Positions 22,883 to 36,048 of a stretch of DNA of 48,203 bases are shown here, piece by piece. The notes below the pieces were generated by a model. That model was not told the origin of the DNA, searched no databases, and worked only from the letters and a program-made list of their open reading frames with translations. Source of the DNA: Kudoa neothunni (lineage: Eukaryota; Animalia; Cnidaria); the NCBI GenBank assembly GCA_964304625.1, contig OZ199840.1:273509-321711 (forward strand), in the 5' to 3' direction. A program made the position numbers and the translations under genes. Numbering within the stretch: position 1 is the stretch's first letter; each line of letters starts with the position of its first letter.

Positions 22883-24323
22883 CTGTGTATCAGTACAGAG
22901 GGTGCGGGAGTCATTTTAGAGTAAATTTAAAAATTAATCTTAGCTTATTCATTTCGCAATTTTCGTTAGTCCCCGTTTAAATCATGTAAGGACGTAATGT
23001 ACAATAATATTTCTGATTGTTTTGATATTAGATTCGATGATTTATTCTGTTTGATTCTGCGAAATAGCGCAGTAAGGTAATAATTTATATTAAACCTGTT
23101 TTGCTAATAAAATCTAACTCTCGTTATTCTCATGTAAAATCGCAACTTTGTCTATCTTTCATAATAACATATTTATATGATTAAGCTGTAATTAGGTTGT
23201 CAACATTTTTGTCTACTTAGGAATAATCTAAATCCACGAAAATAAAACCACGATATACTTTAAATTTGTCTTCTGTCTAAATTTGAGATCCATCATTTAA
23301 ACGGTATAGTTTTTATTATTTTACGTTCAAAGTTTTACTTTCGAATTTGTAATTTTCTTCTGATGTAAATCTATGTTAATTTGTTCTTTAGGAGTATAAG
23401 GTAAAAACAAGGATCAAAGCATTCATTTATACACATAATTAAATGAATACCAATTTTAACAATACATATTAGTTATTTTTATTCAAGTATATTTAGAAGA
23501 CATATTTTTGGATCTACTGAATTTTTATTAACCCACAGCCTCAAAATTTAATTAACATATGAGTCAATATAGAATAAGGAAGCCGCTAGATTTATTTATC
23601 ACAGGATAACATATGAAACAAGTTTATCGACTTCATTAAATACAAATAATAAGTGTTGAAATTCATTAAACTCTGAAAACGATTTTCATGTTTCATAGTC
23701 CAACAAAAGGTCCTGCATTAAATTACTTATGAAAACCCCAGCGAGAGCAAGAGAACCGCCAGATCAAATAAATACTAAATAACATTGAATTTTTAAATAA
23801 TGTTTCATGTGAACTATACGAATAGGGTATTTTTGATTAGCTCATTTTATTTTCACCTTTAAGTACAGAACTTATTTATGTGACCATACTTTTTATAATT
23901 TAATATTACGTTTATATTTATTTTTTACGTCTAATATTTTGGAATAATTATAATGACTTAATTTATTATTTTACATAAAATAGTATATATAAGCAGGAAT
24001 AAATAATAGCCCTAATCATTGAATGTTAAATCAAGAGGAGTGAAAAGATAATGTTCATCCGTTTTCAATTATGCATAGAAAATTTAATTAGCCAAAACAT
24101 TTTGGTATTAATTTATTTTATAAGTATTTGGGAAAATTTGATGTTAAAATATAAACAAAAATAATAAAAATTTTAATTTTAAAACATTCTTCACTGGTAT
24201 TATTATTTTCGCATTTAAACAACAAGAATAATTAAGTCTTGGCATTCATATGGAGGAGGGGATGAGAAATGAACGCGGAAATTAGGATTGAGGTACGGGT
24301 GTAAAATTTGAAGGGAAACATTG
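22883..24323 (-). mobile_element. Non-autonomous hAT-like element, copy 2 (inverted)
   Basis: Reverse complement of 34423-35866, almost identical in the internal stretches compared. Termini CTGTGTATC and GGGAAACATTG. Confidence 0.85.
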
Positions 24324-24756
24324 CGTTAGACATACAAAACTCACAAACAAACAATTAATCTGTAAATAACGCTGCCTTTCGATAATTACCGACAGTTAAT
24401 ATCATAAGAAGATTGGCACTACAATCCGTGTCAGATTTTCATATTAAAGAACTTTTCGTTAGCGCCAAAAACAAACGAACGAAAGAGTAAGTATGAACTA
24501 ATCGGAACACGTGCTGATCATTTCAGGTCGCATGATGAGTTAAGTTTTTACTGTTTTCCGTCTTGAAATGTGCTACGTTACTCATAAAACAATAATATGT
24601 AACTTAATTCAATATAATATTTACAATAAATCAATATAAATCGAGTTCAAAAGTTAAATAACATTTTCTAACCTGAGGGTATCCTACGTGGCAAGGTTCC
24701 GCGTTTTCCAAATTAATCAAAAAAATTTTCATGACCCAAGGTTGGGGAACATTGAA

Positions 24757-27700
24757 CTAGGCGATGACGAACAATATGACTTGGAAATCCAATTAAAACA
24801 GAACATCAACAAAATGGGAAAAGATACACGGTATCACTTCTTGGAGAAAGGATAGTTAAATTCTTCCAACCAACTTCAATCTATCGAAAGGTAGATTGAT
24901 TAGTTTGATTTAAAGAATCAAGGGTGACAAGGAATTGATAAAACAATATGATGATATCATCCAAACTCGATTAACAGATGGTACTATTGAAAAGGTTTCG
25001 GACGAAAAGGCATTGCTACAAAACTCTCATTATATCTCACATCATCGTGTTTTCTCCAACAACGACACTACAAAATTACGCATAGTTTTCGACGATTCTG
25101 CCAGAGTCAATAACTTTACCTGTAGTTTAAAACGATGTCCCTACAAAAGTCCGATTGTCATTAGGGATATGTGTGGTATCTTACTACGATTTCGTCTCAG
25201 AAGAATAATATTCACAGCAGACATTGAAAAGGCGTATCATCAATTAGAACTCTCGACGGAGGATCGTGACTATACTCGCTTCTTATGGATACAGGATATA
25301 GTAAAGCCGATGATGGATCAACACATCGCTACATTCAGGTTCAAAGAGTACCATTTGACATCATCTGTTCATTATTCCTACTCCATGCCACAATTTCCCA
25401 CCATATTCGAAATCAACCCGATGATAATTTGGTCGAACTCCAACACTCGATATATGCTGATAATTTTCTACATGGTTGCAATAACGAAGATGAAGCATTG
25501 GAATTATATTACAAAGTTAAAGACCTATTTAATGATGCATCGCTAAATATGAGGAAATGGAATCCGAATTCAAACAAGATTCTATCTCAGATAACCCTTG
25601 TGAAATGAATGGAAGTAAGCATCTGAAAATACTTAGGTTGATTTGGAACACAACTGGTGACACAATAAGCATAAGATGCACATTCAGCGTGACGATGAGG
25701 AATCACCTAAATAAAAGAATTGTCTTACAAGATATGGCAAAAATATATGATCTATTTGGTTTCGTTACACCTGTAACTATTATCCTTAGAATGTATCTTC
25801 AGTCTTTGTGGAAAATGGAATTACAATTGGATACATCTCTAAGAAAAAGGACGCGTTGTTAAGTGGAATAATCTGGTAGAACAGTTCAACAAAATACCAG
25901 GTCTAAAGTTTAGTAGAACATTCATCACACATTCAGTAGATATCGAAACCGAACTGAATCTATTTTGTTTTCGTGATACCTCTCAAAATGCAGATGCATG
26001 TGTTGTTTACCTATTGTTGGAAAAGCATGCTACCAAGGAATCATTATTTATTCTCGCAAAGTCGAAATTAGCACCATTGAAAACAACGACTATTCCCAAA
26101 CATGAACTCATGGGAATGCTTCTTGGCGTAGAACTGTTAAAATATGTCTCAACGCTCACAAAACAACCAATTAAAAATGATAAATTTTTTGCGAGTTGAA
26201 ATGTGTATTGTATTCGGCAGAGAATGGTAAATATTCTTCAATCGCAGAAAACAAAATCATAGAAGAAATACGAGAAATGAACTATATTTCCCTAAATTAC
26301 ATTCCTTCAAATTTAAATCCAGCTGATGTGACAACGAGAGGAATTGACACAAATGACAACGAAATGTTAGAAAATTGGATGAATGGACCTCAATTTATCT
26401 TAGAAAAAAACACGGAAGACATGTTATAGCATTAATGCAACCTAGATCAAGTAACTCAATAAATGATAATGAAATTTTATGTTAAGGTATCGACGTGAAA
26501 AGATTTTCAAATTTTCACACTTTGATACGAACAGTAGCTTGTTGAAAAAGAATTATAACTCTGTGAAAGAAAATACCAACATCGCCAAACAAATTCACGA
26601 TAGAAGAAATTAAAGCAGCCAAACTATTAATTATAAGATGTCAAAAATCTTATTTCATGAAAACCTTCAACACAATAAGAAAGAAGGAAGGGGCTAAATT
26701 GTGCATTCAGTTTGGATTATTCATCAAAAGAAATGGGTTGCTTAAATGTGGTGGTAGATTCGGTTTGTCAAATTTGTCAGAGGATAAAATTCATCCATTA
26801 TAGCTATCTAAGAAAAGTCATGTAACTAAATTAATAATTATGCAAATACACCAAATGATTGGACATGGCGGAACGAATGCAACTCTAGCTCGACTAATGC
26901 AAATTTATTGGCCACAACATGCAAGATCTGTTGTATGGAAAACACTAAAATCATGTCATCAATGCAATGGTTTTAATAAACGACCATACAAATTACCATC
27001 GTTTCCAAACCTACCTGATTTCAGACTGAGAATCACCCAACCATTCAATTTTACAGGTATCAACTACGCTTGACCTTTTCAAATCTATTAACGAAACGAC
27101 ATATCAGAAGTATTGATCTGCCTGCTTACCTGCACTACTATCCGAGTTGTCCATCTGGAAATCACAAAATCTCTAAGTGGTGAAGAATTTCTAAATTATC
27201 TTAGAAGATTTATTGGTAAACGAGGATTACCTGAACTAATCATATCATATAATGCCAAACAATTCAAATTGATGTCGAAGGTATTATCAAAACTATAAAA
27301 ACAAAAGGAGATCACACCACCATCAATTGAGAACTACTCTAATCAAGGCTTGATCAAATGGAAATTCATCGTAGAGTTTTCTCCGTGGAGAGGGGAATTC
27401 TAAGAAAGGTTGATCGGTCTTGTCAAATTTTCTATGAAGAAGTTACTCTTATTCACAAAATATGATTACGAAAAATTTCCTACCTTAATTGTGGAGATAG
27501 AATCCATTATCAACATCTACCTGCTGATTTTTGTGGATCCAAATGTTCTAACAGCTTCACTAACTCCAACAAACATTCTTTGTCTAAACCTAAGATTCCT
27601 AAACACTGAAAATCTGGAGACCACTGAAGAAGAATTCATACCTAATCGTGCGTCAACATCACAGGAAATAATTATTCAAAACTGGAAAATAGGACAGAAC

Positions 27701-28000
27701 CTTCTAACGACACTTTGGAAATCATGGAAATAATGTTATCTCCTACATTTAGGAGAAAGATATAATTCCGAGCACGTACAACACAAAAGCCTTACTCCAA
27801 GATCCAAAAATCGGTGGAATTGTCCACATCATGGAACCAACAAAAAGAAATTGCTGGCGTATTGGACGTATATTACTCTTAAACCAAAATTCAATAAATC
27901 AACTAATTTCCGCACCTATCAAATGCTCCGACGGCAAAGAAATCAGGTGTTCCATCAAATTTCTTTGCAAATTTGAAAATGGCCCCTCGGAATGTTGTTG
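24757..28000 (+). mobile_element. BEL/Pao pol remnant (RT, RNase H region, integrase) ending at a probable 3' LTR start
   Basis: TTKLRIVFDDSA, ADIEKAYHQL, RDYTRFLW, YADN, AKSKLAPLKTTTIPKHEL, NPADVTTRG, HQMIGHGG...CHQC, VVHLEI and RRFIGKRG motifs. GGCCCCTCGGAA is followed by TGT at 27993. Heavily disrupted. Preceded by a hAT-like end GGTTGGGGAACATTG at ~24740-24754. Confidence 0.9.
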
Positions 28001-29270
28001 ATTAATGAATCAACAAACAACTAATTTTATTTTGAATTTATTCGGTTTTAAGATAGCCTAACTAAAAAAATAAGTGTTGTGTTCGTACACATTAGATAAA
28101 ATAAAGAATTATACAATATATGGCTTATTTATGCTAACTTAAATGTATTAAGAAAATGCGAGTTGGACTAAAATTATAATTTAAAAGAAATATATCCAGA
28201 CTCAAACTAGGTTATTATTTGAAAGTTCTCTATCGATTAGTGAGCGAAAACTTAAATGTTGAAGCATGCATATCGTAATTCCCTGGTACCGCTGACGCCC
28301 GAGCGCATGCTATTAGAAAATTGTTTAAAATAAACTTTTGTTAAATTTGTATTTGTGACCATATTAAAAATCATTATAAGTTGAGTCGTGTTTAAGCAGC
28401 TGGGAACTTTGGTTGGGCTCAACGAGCCGAATTTATGGGATTGGATACTTCTCCATTACCCAAGTTTCGTCTCAAAATGACATTATGATTTGAAATTATT
28501 GTAATTTTTAATTATAAATTTTAGATATTGATTCCGGATAAAATTTAGAATAATGATTGTCATTATTTTATGGTATTAATTTGATATTTTCTTTTTTAAA
28601 TGGTATTTTCTGGAATTTTATGCGTTTCGTCGATAGAAATATTTTAAGTTACATTTTAGTAGGCCCTGCTAGATGAATATTATTTAGTTACATCATAATT
28701 TTTTAATTATATCGTTAATAATACTCCCATTTAATATCAGAAAACGTAACAACGTGGTTATGGTCACACTTTTCTTGAAATGAAAGATATTTGACAATAG
28801 TGAAATGATAAGACGTCCGTTTCTAGTACGTTTTTTACATATTCAATATTTATTTGAATTAGATTTGTGGTCATTGCATAAAAATAACCATCATACAAGA
28901 ATTTATCCACTCCTATCTTCGTCCTTATAATGATATAACATTGTTGGGTTTTTATCTCCCATTAGAAAAGCAAAATGTCATTTTAAAATAAAAAGTAATC
29001 ACAATCTTAATATGAAATATAACAAGCCAAATACCCCAAAACCGCTTTACGAATTTGATGAGTCATGGCTACGCCCTGAATTTTTGTTGGGGTGTATCCG
29101 TAATAGACGGCGAAATTTCGTTATGCCAAAGTTCTAATTAATTTACCACATTGACATAAGCTAGATGGTAAAAAATTGGTTGAGATTAATTTTTTTATTA
29201 ATTTGAATAATTATTATCTGGTCTGAGTTTTGCTATTTGGCATTGAATGAATCGCTATATCAATAATTGA

Positions 29271-29301
29271 GTGAAATTCGGGTCAATTGTATTCCGAACC
29301 A
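29271..29301 (+). promoter_or_regulatory. Conserved upstream motif of paralogue C
   Basis: GTGAAATTCGGGTCAATTGTATTCCGAACCA, identical to A. Confidence 0.5.
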
Positions 29302-29330
29302 TCAATTGGTACTTCATTTAATTATCAACC

Positions 29331-32300
29331 ATGAAAATATCTGGATTTCTCTATTTTTTTTTAGGTAGCTCCTTGAGTTAATTTTAATGCTAATATAAGT
29401 TCAGGTGTTTTAATATCAACCACAGCCAATACTAATGAACGTCCAAATCCTCAAGCTGCACCTGTAGCCCCAACAAAAACGTTGGCATATGAAATTGAGA
29501 AAGGTGCGACTAGTAGCGCAGACCAAATTAAAATCAAACTTGGAGGCACTGAATATGGAACTGGCAAAAAATGCCTTATACGTCGATCTAACGAAGCAGA
29601 AATCGCGGCGACTACCTCTGGTCAGGTACCAGCAGCTGAGTTTAGAGACATCGACACTTGTGTTGCTAAAGTTAGTGATTCTGGTGTTAGTGATAAATGT
29701 GTTGTCGAATGTAATACTGACGCGAATAAAATCACCTACGATAAACTCTCACCAAGGACCAAATACATATATGTCTACGTAGGCACTGTTGCAACTGACA
29801 TTAAAGAGAAAACTAACGGACCAGGAGCAAAAGTATTCGGATATTCAATACGTAAATCAATTTAATTTAACATAAAAATAAATTGAATTTAGCATTGTTG
29901 GCTAATCCACAAATTAGCGTGTCTACGGTTACAAGCGATACCGACAAAAATAGGCTGAAATTCGCAGCAAAAACATGTGCACCTGTAGATTGTCCTATTT
30001 ATTATAAAGACATAAAATATGATGATGGTACCGCAGGGACCACTTGTGTTGAAGAAAATACCAAAAATACAGTTGATTATGATTTACTGTTACCGCATTA
30101 CGAAGTGAGGTGCGGAAATTATCCCAGTTTCTTTTACAATATGCCCAATCAATATATGAAGAAAACCATAGATATTTATAAGCCTCAGTTTTATATTGTA
30201 GAAAAAAATGAAGGAAAAATCGGAATTAAATTCACTAATTCTCCATCGTCTGAAATCTGTCTTTTCAGTCTTAAAAATGGTCAAAGTGCAGGAAATAATG
30301 AAAAATATACGTCCGTTTGTGGCGGAACTGACAAGAGTTGTTATGCTCCATGTAAGTACGTCGAACTCAATGGCATTGCGGGGAAAAAGATTTATAAAAT
30401 TTTAATCAAAACAAGACATCACGACATAGAAGCTACTAGTGGTGATTTCAAGGGTTACGAACAAACTAAATTTGGTAATCCTTAAATCAATATGCAGTTT
30501 GTATTATTTTTATTAGCTGTTACTGAACAAACTGGAGGACTCCTGTCAGTTTACACGGATCAGGGAGTGTCATTTGATAGTACCTTATTTAAAAGAGAGT
30601 CTGAACCAATAATCGATAAATGTACTCTAAAACACTACTCTGCAGACAAAATCAAACCAGACACCTTAACTACAACAACGTGTGATGGGACCAGCTCCAG
30701 TAGTTCCAATTGCAAAACTGATTGCTCAACGAAATTGGTGATTCAAACACTTACACCGGGGAAAGCGTACATGATTGAGATCGCGTTTGAAGCGAGTAAT
30801 TCTGCAAAGGATTTTAATGAACATATATTCATAAGAACAGGTAAATCATCATACTTATATTAAAAAATAATGAATTATAAAGCAAACGGAAATGGGAAAA
30901 CGTATGGAACTACTGATCCTACAAAAACAGATACAACACTCTCTCTTACAGCTATTGGTGGGAATTCCCCATCAGACAAGACAACTGAACCTACCTGTGA
31001 GTATTTAATAAGTCCGACTGGATTAGATAGCTTTTTCCACGCGAAATGCAATGGTAACGCCCCGTGCAGAGGAATTTGCAGCGAACAAGTTACGATAGAA
31101 GACCTTGAGCCAAACACACCTTATGACATCAGGGTGATCGCACATAAGGATTACGGCATAAAAGATTACACAGATATACGAACAGGTTATTGAAGTTATA
31201 ATTTATTCTGTAAATTTTTAATAGCATTAACAACATTAACGATAACACATAAAATCACCTTGGATGGTTTGTCATTGAAGGCACGATTAAATTCCGTGGA
31301 TCCAACTGCAATTTGTAGTTATGTGGTACAAAAGAAGACTGGTAACGATTACACAGATTATTACACATGTCCAGAGGTGCCGAAAGTAACGACACCTCTC
31401 ACCGCCCCAGTAGCACCAGCACCAGTACCCCCTTCAGCTGCTCCTCCCAGTTTAAGTTCAGCAGGTCTCAACATAGCTAGAATTGCTGTGCCAATTGTAG
31501 CAGATGGTGGCCCAATACTAGCAGCGAAATCTTCAGTTCCGGTCACTTCAGATACACAGCTTGCTGATGTCGCGAACAGCGCAAACACATGTTCTTCAAA
31601 CCCCTTTTGCAGTTCCATAACATTTCCCGAGTATGAAGCAGCAAATACATACAAAATATTAGTCACAGCTATCGGAAAATCTTCACAACAAGAGCATATC
31701 ATAGAATCAAGTATTACAATTAATGCTTCAATTAATGTCTCTATTAAGAATTGTTTAAACCAAACTTATATTAGGTGCACCACAATTAAACCCAACTGAC
31801 TCCTCAAAATTGATATCAGTCGTCATTACACGTGATGGGAACAGTTTCATTGTAACCACCACACTTCCAGCCACTATGAACGATAAATCAAAATGCAAAT
31901 GGGAGTTACGTAACAGCAGCGTCAAGTCAAATGCGGTAGTAAAATCTTGCATGGGAAGAAGCGTAGACAGATGTGCTGCCTTTGTGACCTGTAAAGAATT
32001 CAAAATAAATAATTTACCTGATGGAAATAATTATTATTTGACTGTTTACAGTGTTGAAGATGCTACAATTTTTGGCGGTGCTGACATACAACAAGGTATA
32101 TCATTTGTTCACAATGCGATTTAATGTTATATATATTATAGGAGCAAAGAGTAGTTCAGGGTGAGCTTAGTAAAAATGATTTTTTTTAATTTAACACTTT
32201 TTAGGGATAAAACCAAACTTATGTAAACATTTTTAAATGTTAACATTTGAATTAAACTGATTTTAGAATCATTATTGCATGCGTTGCTGTGGTTGTGGTT

Positions 32301-32351
32301 ATTGCAATAGTTGGCAATCGTGGTATTGAAGAAGAAAAGGGATTAAATTAA
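29331..32351 (+). CDS. Paralogue C: type I membrane protein with tandem 4-Cys FN3-like modules (10 exons); 1-nt insertion in the last exon changes the tail
   Basis: Exons 29331-29364, 29405-29851, 29893-30474, 30517-30840, 30883-31185, 31225-31710, 31775-32095, 32142-32160, 32205-32222, 32267-32351. All introns are GT-AG. An extra A at 32316-32317 (GGCAATCG vs GGCATCG) gives ...IAIVG-NRGIEEEKGLN*. Confidence 0.87.
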
Positions 32352-32508
32352 TTTTTGTTAACTATAGTTTATAGGTAATATTTATGATAGAAATTTTTCG
32401 ATCACGTAACATTATTTTATATTTTGAATCATTAGTTGAATTTATTTTTTTTTGAAATTTGCATGAGGCTTTTGAGAGGAAATATGATCTCCGATGTTTT
32501 TTTAATTA

Positions 32509-34334
32509 CAGTAAACAATCAATTTTCCGCAATCCTTGGGGACCATGGAAAAGTTACTGAAAATACATCGCTGACGCATTTTCAGTAACTTTCCTTGCGC
32601 GCCACAAATAAAAAAATAAACCAGTTTTAAAGAAATTCATTTCATTCATACAATCATCTACCTTTATTTAAACAATATGTTATTTTTATGTTATTTGTAA
32701 TTATATTTTTAAATGTGTATGTTGTAATTTTATGATGTAAATTCATTATTTCGTTCAGATAATCAATTCGTCTCTGTCGTATATTTTTTCTGCATGTTTA
32801 AACATTTAAACGAATCTTTTGATGATATAAATTCTACCACTCGTTCATCTTCATTATCAAAATATATAGATTCAATAATCAAAAGAGTAAGCTTATCAAA
32901 GTGTTTTGATGTAGGCATATTGATTTCCTCTTTAATAATCTCGGAATTTCCAGCTGAGAATTCTTTATTGCTAAAATTAATATTTGATGAACGCTCGCAT
33001 TAATGGGCTTCAGGAAACCCATATTTCCTGAAATAATTAAATACAATATACTTTGAAACACCGTCCCAAGGTTTTTTAATTACGAACAATGTTTTAAACG
33101 AATATTGGGAGGATGTATTTATATCACTGTCAATTACAGCAATATTGTTTTCTATTAAATTATTGTTATAATTTAATTGGAATGAGAAAATGATTCCATG
33201 GTCCTAATAGTTGCAGAACACTAGTTAAATTTTTTGTAAGTAATATAAGAGAGACATTGGACAAATGAATTTCGGCGTGGTAAGTAGCATTATTAAGAAA
33301 TAGCGAAACTTTCTTGTACTTCGTTTTGAATACATTGTCGAAATTAGAAGGATATTTGTTAAATATTTCCCAAATCATCCATTCTTTCCTGTTTGATTTT
33401 TATTTTACTATAAATATCTTTGAATTTTAAAACAACACGGTTTTTGTGATTTCCAATCACAAGAGATTCAATGAACCTCCAGGCATAGATGCATGCCGCT
33501 AATCAGTAATCATTTTTTCGATTTTTTTTCTATCGAAAAAACATGGCTTTAAAAATAATGGACCTCTATGTTGTTAATAAAATAATGCAGTTGCGTCAAG
33601 GTTATGGATACAGTCATCGTTGTTACCTTTGACTTAGTCATTCATTTTAGATTAGCAATTTCCTACAAAACATTAGCCCACATAAGCAGCATCACTATAG
33701 GTAGTGATATTCTTAAATTCCATCGTGATTTAAAACCAATAAATCAATTAGGGGTCATTACTATGCTTAGGTTCAATTCTTTTGTTAATTGGTTTTATTT
33801 ATGTATATCATGAGCAGATAGTTCAATTTTTTTTCTCTCAAGTTATTCACCCAGTTATATACTAAAGTATCAATGTCGTGATTTGAACATGTTTTAAATT
33901 TTTTCTCCCTGAAAAAGTCAAGCCAGTTTTATAAAAACTCTCTCTCTTCCAAATCAAGATGATATCTAGAGTAGAAATAGAAAGAAGCTTAAATTTACGA
34001 AAAGTATTTTTTTATAATACTGTTTAGTATATTTTAAAAAAATCAATAAATTTTATATTTTGGTATTATTATTTCCCCATTTTTAAATTTTCCCAATATT
34101 ATAAATGTAAAAAAAAGGCACATAACTAAATCCGCCCAAAGCTGAAAAGTTTTGGAAAATCGGTTAAGCGCTAATAATAGGAAAAAACCACTTTCCAATG
34201 TCCAATTTTTGAAATTTTTGAAAATTATAATTAAAACCAACCAACCAACCAATAAAATAAAATATATGGTTCAAAATATTAAAATAATATTTTAAGGGAA
34301 GTGTCTGAAATTACCGAAAATCGGTTACCTACTG
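32509..34334 (-). mobile_element. Decayed Tigger/pogo element
   Basis: TA-CAGTAAACAATCAATTTTCCG ... CCGAAAATCGGTTACCTACTG-TA gives imperfect terminal inverted repeats with TA flanks. The ORF fragment LFLNNATYH...LTKNLTSVLQLL (33166-33378) resembles DDE_1. Confidence 0.7.
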
Positions 34335-34422
34335 TATATACACATTTCTTTTTTGGGGAAATTTAGGATTAAGGGATTATGCATGGATTACGCAGGGTGC
34401 ATACCACCAGCACTGCCTAAAT

Positions 34423-35866
34423 TAATATTTCCTACAAATTTTACACCCGTATCTCCATCCTAATTTTCCGCGTTCATTTCTCATCCCCTCCTCCATATGA
34501 ATGCCAAGACTTAATTATTCTTGTTGTTTAAATGCGAAAATAATAATACCAGTGAAGAATGTTTTAAAATTAAAATTTTTATTATTTTTTGTTTATATTT
34601 TAACATCAAATTTTCCCAAATACTTATAAAATAATTTAATACCAAAATGTTTTGGCTAATTAAATTTTCTATGCATAATTGAAAACGGATGAACATTATC
34701 TTTTCAACTCCTCTTGATTTAACATTCAATGATTAGGGGCTATTATTTATTCCTGCTTATATATACTATTTTATGTAAAATAATAAATTAAGTCATTATA
34801 ATTATTCCAAAATATTAGACGTAAAAAATAAATATAAACGTAATATTAAATTATAAAAAGTATGGTCACATAAATAAGTTCTGTACTTAAAGGTGAAAAT
34901 AAAATGAGCTAATCAAAAAATATCCTATTCGTATAGTTCACATGAAACATTATTTAAAAATTCAATGTTATTTAGTATTTATTTGATCTGGCGGTTCTCT
35001 GCTCTCGCTGGGTTTTCATAAGTAATTTAATGCAGGACCTTTTGTTGGACTATGAAACATGAAAATCGTTTTCAGAGTTTAATGAATTTCAACACTTATT
35101 ATTTGTATTTAATGAAGTCGATAAACTTGTTTCATATGTTATCCTGTGATAAATAAATCTAGCGGCTTCCTTATTCTATATTGACTCATATGTTAATTAA
35201 ATTTTGAGGCTGTGGGTTAATAAAAATTCAGTAGATCCAAAAAATATGTCTTCTAAATATACTTGAATAAAAATAACTAATATGTATTGTTAAAATTGGT
35301 ATTCATTTAATTATGTGTATAAATGAATGCTTTGATCCTTGTTTTACCTATACTCTAAAGAACAAATTAACATAGATTTACATCAGAAGAAAATTACAAA
35401 TTCGAAAGTAAAACTTTGAACGTAAAATAATAAAAACTATACCGTTAAATGATGGATCTCAAATTTAGACAGAAGACAAATTTAAAGTATATCGTGGTTT
35501 TATTTTCGTGGATTTAGATTATTCCTAAGTAGACAAAAATGTTGACAAACCTAATTACAGCTTAATCATATAAATATGTTATTATATAAAGATAACAAAG
35601 TTGCGATTTTACATGAGAATAACGAGAGTTAGATTTTATTAGCAAAACAGGTTTAATATAAATTATTACCCTTACTGCGCTATTTCGCAGAATCAAACAG
35701 AATAAATCATCGAATCTAATATCAAAACAATCAGAAATATTATTGTACATTACGTCCTTACATGATTTAAAAACGGGGACCAACGGAAATTATGAAATGA
35801 ATAAGCTAAGATTAATTTTTAAATTTATTCTAGAATGACTCCCGCATCTCCCGTACTGAAACACTG
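34423..35866 (+). mobile_element. Non-autonomous hAT-like element, copy 3, with 8-bp TSD
   Basis: Ends GAAACACTG. Flanks are GCCTAAAT (34415-34422) and GCCTAAAG (35867-35874): a 7/8 TSD with central TA, typical of Buster/Charlie hATs. Confidence 0.85.
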
Positions 35867-36048
35867 GCCTAAAGTATTCTCATATTGTCGCGAAGAGGAG
35901 ATAAGCTCATAAAATAATTTGATATAGTCACTTCCACCCAAGTTAATTTAATATATGCAATAATCTGTCTGTCAGCTCTTTGTTTTTTCTTGTTATTATA
36001 ATTTCATACATTTTTGTTCCATTATGTATTTTAATGAAATCATTACAG

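Noticed and set aside
791-32003. Conserved antisense ORFs (791-1039, 987-1400, 1644-2036, 18411-18632, 18876-19175, 19264-19512, 30875-31117, 31361-31702, 31755-32003)
   Set aside because: They are shadows of the exons on the opposite strand. They recur only because the genes are duplicated.
35562-35783. ORFs inside the 1.45-kb repeat (also 34511-34729)
   Set aside because: No recognisable motifs, and the copies differ by frame-breaking indels.
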